Part shown: positions 59,156-64,000 of the stretch, in pieces
Layout of the letters: the number at the start of each line of letters is the position of its first letter
Position numbering within the stretch: position 1 is the first letter of the stretch
Assembly: GCA_963736675.1 (NCBI GenBank)
Contig: CAVTPT010000004.1
Coordinates: forward strand, 448,815-512,814
Reading direction: 5' to 3'
Length of the DNA: 64,000 bases
From: an uncultured Bacteroidales bacterium
GTDB taxonomy: Bacteria; Bacteroidota; Bacteroidia; Bacteroidales; VadinHA17
Position numbers and translations under genes: made by a program
Notes under the pieces: generated by a model
Database searches by the model: none
Seen by the model: only the letters and a program-made list of their open reading frames with translations
Told to the model about the DNA's origin: nothing

Positions 59156-61684
59156 TTAATCATCAAATTCTTTGCCAATTTCCTTGGCATAATTATTATT
59201 TTCTTCATTTGACTCAGGCAGACCCTCATTCTGTTCATCTTCATTCACCAGCACACAGGCCACTGATGCTATAATATCGCTCTCACGAAGATTGATAAGT
59301 CTGACTCCCTGTGTTGCTCTTCCCATGATTCTGAGAGCTGATACCGGACTACGCAGGATATTGCCATATTGAGTTATGATCATAAGGTCATGATTGTCGG
59401 TAACATCTTTCAGCGCAATAAGGTAACCAGTTTTCTCCGTGATATTAATTGTTTTTACTCCTTTTCCGCCCCTGTTGGTTATCCTGTAATCCTCTATTTC
59501 GGATCGTTTACCATACCCTTTTTCGGAGACGACAAGAACATCTTTCTCCTTATTCTCCACTGTGATCATACCTACAACAAGATCAGTAGAATCATCAGCA
59601 AGTCTTATTCCACGTACACCTGAGGCTGTACGGCCCATCGGTCGTACAGACGCTTCAGGGAATCTGATTGCACGGCCCGATTTTACTGCCAGCATGATAT
59701 GGTGTTTCCCGTTGGTCATTCTGGCCTCGAGAAGTTCATCACCTTCTCTTACCGTTATGGCGTTAACGCCATTTGCCCTTTGTCTTGAATAAGCTTCGAG
59801 CGATGTTTTCTTAATAATGCCTTTAGTAGTACAAAGAACAATGAAGTTGTTGTTTATATATTCCGCATCATTAAGATTCTTCACATTTATAAATGCCTTA
59901 ACGTTTTCATCCGGATCAATGTTTATCAGGTTCTGCATGGCTCTCCCTTTTGAGGTCCTCGAACCTTCAGGAATATTGTAGACTTTCAGCCAGTAGCACC
60001 TCCCCTTCTGTGTAAAGAAAAGCATTGTATTATGCATTGTTGCAATATACAGGTGCTCAATAAAATCCTCATCACGCGTTGTGCCTCCCTTTGCACCTGT
60101 TCCTCCCCTGTTCTGTCTGCGGAATTCGGTCAGTGGCGTTCTTTTAATGTAACCCATGTGGGAAATTGTGATCACCATTTCATCGTCGGCGTAGAAATCT
60201 TCGGGATTAAACTCTTCGGCGTTGGGGATGATTTCGGTACGTCTCCTGTCGCCATATTTTTCCTTTATTTCGAAGAGTTCATCCTTTATAATTTTCATCT
60301 GAAGGTCTATACTTTCAAGAACGCTTTTAAGGTACTCAATGAGAGCCATTACCTCCTGGTACTCAGCTCTCAGCTTCTCCTGTTCGAGTCCGGTCAGCTG
60401 CCTCAGGCGCATTTCCACGATCGCCTTTGACTGAATTTCGCTGAGCGCGAATCTTTCCATAAGTCTTTCCCTGGCCTCATCAGGTGTTTTGGATGACCTG
60501 ATTATTGCGACAACTTCGTCGATGTTGTCACTTGCAATGATCAATCCTTCAAGTATATGAGCCCGTTTTTCAGCCTGGTCAAGGTCGTACCTTGTCCTTC
60601 GCAGTATTACTTCGTGCCGGTGTTTTACAAAATGTTCAATTAAGTCCTTGGTATTAAGGGTTTTAGGCCTTCCCCTCACAAGGGCTATATTGTTCACGCT
60701 GAATGAGGTCTGAAGTGATGATAATTTATAAAGATTATTGAGAACCACATTTGCGCTTGCATCCTTCTTCAGAATTATGACGATCCTCATTCCGTTCCTG
60801 TCCGATTCGTCATTTATATATGATATTCCTTCAAGCCTCTTCTCATTTATCAGATCGGCAATTTTCCTTATCATCTCGGCCTTGTTGACCATGTAAGGAA
60901 TTTCTGTCACCACAATGCACTCCCTTCCCGAATGAGTAAGTTCGATCTCAGTTTTCGCCCTGATCATTATACGGCCTCTGCCTGTTTCGCAGGCATCTTT
61001 TATTCCCTGCTCACCATATATTATGCCGCCTGTCGGGAAGTCGGGTCCTTTTATAAAATGTAACAACTCTTCCGCAGTGATATCATTGTTGTCAATATAG
61101 GCAACTGTGGCATCAATAATTTCTCCAAGGTTATGGGGCGGCATGTTGGTGGCCATCCCTACAGCAATTCCGGAGGCCCCGTTGACAAGCAGGTTGGGGA
61201 TCCTGGTCGGAAGAACGGTTGGTTCGGTCAGCGAATCATCGAAATTAGGCTGAAAATCAACGGTATCCTTATCGATGTCCGACAGTGTCTCCTCTGCAAT
61301 CTTTTTAAGCCTTGCTTCGGTATATCTCATGGCCGCAGGCGAATCGCCGTCGACGGAACCGAAGTTACCCTGACCATCAACAAGCGGATATCTGAGGGAC
61401 CACTCCTGGGCCATCCTGACCATCGCTTCATATACTGAAGAATCTCCATGAGGATGAAACTTTCCAAGAACCTCCCCTACTATCCTGGCAGATTTTTTAT
61501 ATGGCCTGTTCGAAAGCACTCCAAGTTCTGACATGCCAAAAAGGACACGCCTGTGAACCGGCTTTAAACCGTCTCTTACATCAGGTAATGCTCTTGATAC
61601 AATCACCGACATCGAATAATCGATGTAGGCCGATTTCATTTCCTCCTCAATATTTACGTGAACAATCCTCTCTCTTTCTGACAT
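59156..61684 (-). CDS. gyrA: DNA gyrase subunit A
   Basis: [42 protein letters not shown] (QRDR region) with the active-site AAMRYTE, and C-terminal beta-pinwheel repeats. Confidence 0.97.
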   Translation of the reverse strand: MSERERIVHVNIEEEMKSAYIDYSMSVIVSRALPDVRDGLKPVHRRVLFGMSELGVLSNRPYKKSARIVGEVLGKFHPHGDSSVYEAMVRMAQEWSLRYPLVDGQGNFGSVDGDSPAAMRYTEARLKKIAEETLSDIDKDTVDFQPNFDDSLTEPTVLPTRIPNLLVNGASGIAVGMATNMPPHNLGEIIDATVAYIDNNDITAEELLHFIKGPDFPTGGIIYGEQGIKDACETGRGRIMIRAKTEIELTHSGRECIVVTEIPYMVNKAEMIRKIADLINEKRLEGISYINDESDRNGMRIVIILKKDASANVVLNNLYKLSSLQTSFSVNNIALVRGRPKTLNTKDLIEHFVKHRHEVILRRTRYDLDQAEKRAHILEGLIIASDNIDEVVAIIRSSKTPDEARERLMERFALSEIQSKAIVEMRLRQLTGLEQEKLRAEYQEVMALIEYLKSVLESIDLQMKIIKDELFEIKEKYGDRRRTEIIPNAEEFNPEDFYADDEMVITISHMGYIKRTPLTEFRRQNRGGTGAKGGTTRDEDFIEHLYIATMHNTMLFFTQKGRCYWLKVYNIPEGSRTSKGRAMQNLINIDPDENVKAFINVKNLNDAEYINNNFIVLCTTKGIIKKTSLEAYSRQRANGVNAITVREGDELLEARMTNGKHHIMLAVKSGRAIRFPEASVRPMGRTASGVRGIRLADDSTDLVVGMITVENKEKDVLVVSEKGYGKRSEIEDYRITNRGGKGVKTINITEKTGYLIALKDVTDNHDLMIITQYGNILRSPVSALRIMGRATQGVRLINLRESDIIASVACVLVNEDEQNEGLPESNEENNNYAKEIGKEFDD

Positions 61685-61849
61685 AACAGATTATAAATTA
61701 AATAGATATGAAAACAATCCCGATAAAGGGATTTGAATTACGAAAATAGTCAATTATTGGTTAATTTTAACCATTCATAACGTCGAATTGTTAACATTAA
61801 TTGTTTATAAATGGGCATGAAAATTGCCATACATAAATTGTGTATGATT

Positions 61850-61857
61850 TAACTTTG
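61850..61857 (+). promoter_or_regulatory. candidate -7 box (TAACTTTG) upstream of clpC
   Basis: TAnnTTTG match about 86 nt upstream of the clpC ATG. Motif match only. Confidence 0.3.
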
Positions 61858-61942
61858 AAATTGCAGATTATTGCCCTTTCATGGATAAAGACTGACACAT
61901 TGACATATGATTAATCAGATTCATTAAATGACCAGACAAAAT

Positions 61943-64000
61943 ATGGATTCACAATTTTCGCAAAGAGTAAAAGATATTCTTGGCTACAGCAAAGAAGAAG
62001 CAATAAGGCTGGGGAACAGTCATATCAGCCCTGAGCATCTTTTTTTGGGGATACTGAGAGACGGTGAAGGCGTTGCGGTAGAAATCCTTTTAAACCAGGG
62101 TATTGATCTTCTGGTACTGAAAAGTTCCCTTGAGAAGAGTATCAAGGTTGAGAGTCCCGTTCCTGTGGCAGATCATGAAGTCATCCCGTTGCTCAGAAGT
62201 ACCGAAAGGGTGCTGAAACTTGTATATCTTGAAGCAAAGTCGTTGAAAAGCAATACAATAGATTCGGAACACCTTCTTTTGGCCATTCTGAAAGATGAGA
62301 ATGCACTTGTCACAAGATTCCTTTCGGAACTTGATGTTGACTACCAGACGGTTCGCCGGATGGTTGAAGCCGAGGGACCTTCGGCAAAGGCCGATTTCCC
62401 GAGGGACGAGGAAGATGAAGGCCAGTCTTACGGTGGTCAGGGAAAAGGGCAGCCCCCCTCTCCTTCTTCTTCAAAACCTTCGTCGGATACACCGGTTCTT
62501 GATAACTTCGGAATCGATCTTACTAAAGCTGCTGAAGAGGGAAGACTCGATCCCGTTGTCGGAAGGGAACGTGAGATAGAAAGGCTTGCACAGATTCTCT
62601 CAAGAAGAAAGAAGAATAATCCGGTTCTGATTGGTGAGCCGGGAGTTGGTAAATCGGCTATTGCTGAGGGACTTGCCCTGAGAATAATAAAGAAGAATGT
62701 CTCAAGGGTCCTTTTTAATAAACGTGTTGTCGCACTCGACCTGGCTTCAATTGTGGCAGGTACCAAATACCGCGGGCAGTTTGAGGAGAGGATGAAGGCC
62801 ATCCTCAATGAATTGTCGAAAAATGATAATATTATTCTTTTTATTGACGAGATACATACAATAGTCGGCGCAGGCGGAGCAACAGGTTCGCTGGATGCTG
62901 CAAATATGCTCAAGCCGGCACTAGCCCGGGGTGAGATCCAGTGCATAGGGGCAACAACCCTGGATGAATACCGGCAGCATATTGAAAAGGACGGAGCCCT
63001 TGAAAGAAGGTTCCAGAAGGTTATAGTGGAACCTACATCCATTGAAGAGACAATTCATATCCTTCACAATATCAAGGAACGTTATGAAGAGCATCACAAT
63101 GTAAATTATACCGATGATGCCATTGATGCGTGTGTAAAACTTACCAACCGTTACATTTCCGACAGGCACCTGCCCGACAAGGCAATTGATGCTCTTGACG
63201 AGTCAGGTTCCAGGGTGCATATTTCAAATATTGTTGTGCCCGAACGGATACTTACTCTCGAAACACAACTCGAAGAGACCAAAAAAGAGAAGATAATGGC
63301 AGTCAAGAATCAGAACTTTGAGAAAGCTGCCAGTTTCCGCGACCGCGAGAAAGACCTTCTCGACCTGATTGACCTGGAAAAGAAAAAATGGGAAAAAGAG
63401 CTTGCCGTAAACAGGGAGACCGTTGATGCTGAAAAAGTTGCAGAGGTAGTGGCAATGATGACAGGGGTTCCTGTCCAGAGGATTGCCCAGACTGAAGGCA
63501 CCAGGCTCCTGAAGATGGCCGACGAGCTGAGAGGAAGTGTAATTGGTCAGGATGAAGCAATACACAAAGTGGTAAAATCAATCCAGAGAAACAGGGCCGG
63601 ACTGAAAGACCCGAATAAACCGATCGGTACTTTTATCTTCCTTGGTCCTACCGGAGTCGGAAAGACCCAGCTGGCAAAAGTGCTGGCGAAATTTCTGTTC
63701 GATACCACCGACAATCTCATAAGGATCGACATGAGCGAATATATGGAGAAATTCTCTGTTTCAAGACTTGTCGGGGCACCTCCCGGATATGTCGGCTATG
63801 AAGAAGGCGGACAGCTTACCGAGAAAGTCAGAAGAAAGCCCTACTCAGTTGTACTTCTTGATGAGATCGAAAAGGCTCACCCCGATGTATTTCATATTAT
63901 GCTTCAGGTACTTGACGAAGGTCAGCTTACCGACAGTCTGGGGCGCCGTGTTGATTTCAGAAACACAATTGTGATCCTTACATCAAACATCGGAACAAGG
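61943..64000 (+). CDS. clpC: ATP-dependent Clp protease ATP-binding subunit ClpC (3' end outside window)
   Basis: Not in the ORF track because the frame is open to the window edge. My own translation gives [38 protein letters not shown] (Clp_N), Walker [10 protein letters not shown], a UVR-like [13 protein letters not shown] linker, and the second AAA module [12 protein letters not shown]. An in-frame ATG at 61928 is an alternative start. Confidence 0.9.
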   Translation, partial: MDSQFSQRVKDILGYSKEEAIRLGNSHISPEHLFLGILRDGEGVAVEILLNQGIDLLVLKSSLEKSIKVESPVPVADHEVIPLLRSTERVLKLVYLEAKSLKSNTIDSEHLLLAILKDENALVTRFLSELDVDYQTVRRMVEAEGPSAKADFPRDEEDEGQSYGGQGKGQPPSPSSSKPSSDTPVLDNFGIDLTKAAEEGRLDPVVGREREIERLAQILSRRKKNNPVLIGEPGVGKSAIAEGLALRIIKKNVSRVLFNKRVVALDLASIVAGTKYRGQFEERMKAILNELSKNDNIILFIDEIHTIVGAGGATGSLDAANMLKPALARGEIQCIGATTLDEYRQHIEKDGALERRFQKVIVEPTSIEETIHILHNIKERYEEHHNVNYTDDAIDACVKLTNRYISDRHLPDKAIDALDESGSRVHISNIVVPERILTLETQLEETKKEKIMAVKNQNFEKAASFRDREKDLLDLIDLEKKKWEKELAVNRETVDAEKVAEVVAMMTGVPVQRIAQTEGTRLLKMADELRGSVIGQDEAIHKVVKSIQRNRAGLKDPNKPIGTFIFLGPTGVGKTQLAKVLAKFLFDTTDNLIRIDMSEYMEKFSVSRLVGAPPGYVGYEEGGQLTEKVRRKPYSVVLLDEIEKAHPDVFHIMLQVLDEGQLTDSLGRRVDFRNTIVILTSNIGTR

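Noticed and set aside
61905-61916. TGATTAATCA palindrome upstream of clpC, resembling the half-sites of the S24 repressor operators
   Set aside because: It has the same arms but no 5-nt spacer, so the half-site geometry differs. A 10-bp AT-rich palindrome can easily occur by chance in this spacer.

Overview
This looks like a Bacteroidota-type chromosomal segment. The indicators are an ExbB-ExbD-ExbD-TonB cluster, ECF sigma modules with DUF4252 genes, tandem FtsX/MacB-type permeases, TAnnTTTG-like -7 boxes and a type-A RNase P RNA. I can support about 50 protein genes, nearly all housekeeping or core metabolism: ltaE (partial), queA, kdsA, rarA, a GlcD/GlcF-like FAD/Fe-S oxidoreductase, pta-ackA-ptb-ptb-buk, slyD, a DAACS symporter, pyrK-pyrD, an Lrp regulator, RelA/SpoT, typA, gyrA and clpC (partial). 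RNA genes are rnpB and tRNA-Lys(UUU). I see no integrase, transposase, CRISPR array, restriction system or recognisable defence gene. Four things are not explained by ordinary annotation, and most are non-coding. (1) 56311-56900 holds five tandem 118/119-bp units, each a multi-stem palindrome, between two convergent polysaccharide-type genes. (2) 32951-33397 is an exact 200-bp tandem structure that re-copies the 3' end of an FtsX permease gene together with a hairpin-flanked MITE-like module; the two permease paralogs also have a homogenised 3' end, and a third 3' remnant lies next to tRNA-Lys. (3) A DinB-like polymerase plus DnaE2 cassette is divergent from an XRE-HTH/S24 (LexA-like) repressor, with two TGATTA-N5-TAATCA palindromes in the spacer. 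(4) Five TTAC-N4-GTAA palindromes lie in the AT-rich spacer upstream of a second XRE regulator. All calls come from reading the sequence and ORF translations. No database search, folding or statistics program was run, so family names are recognition-based and novelty is untested.
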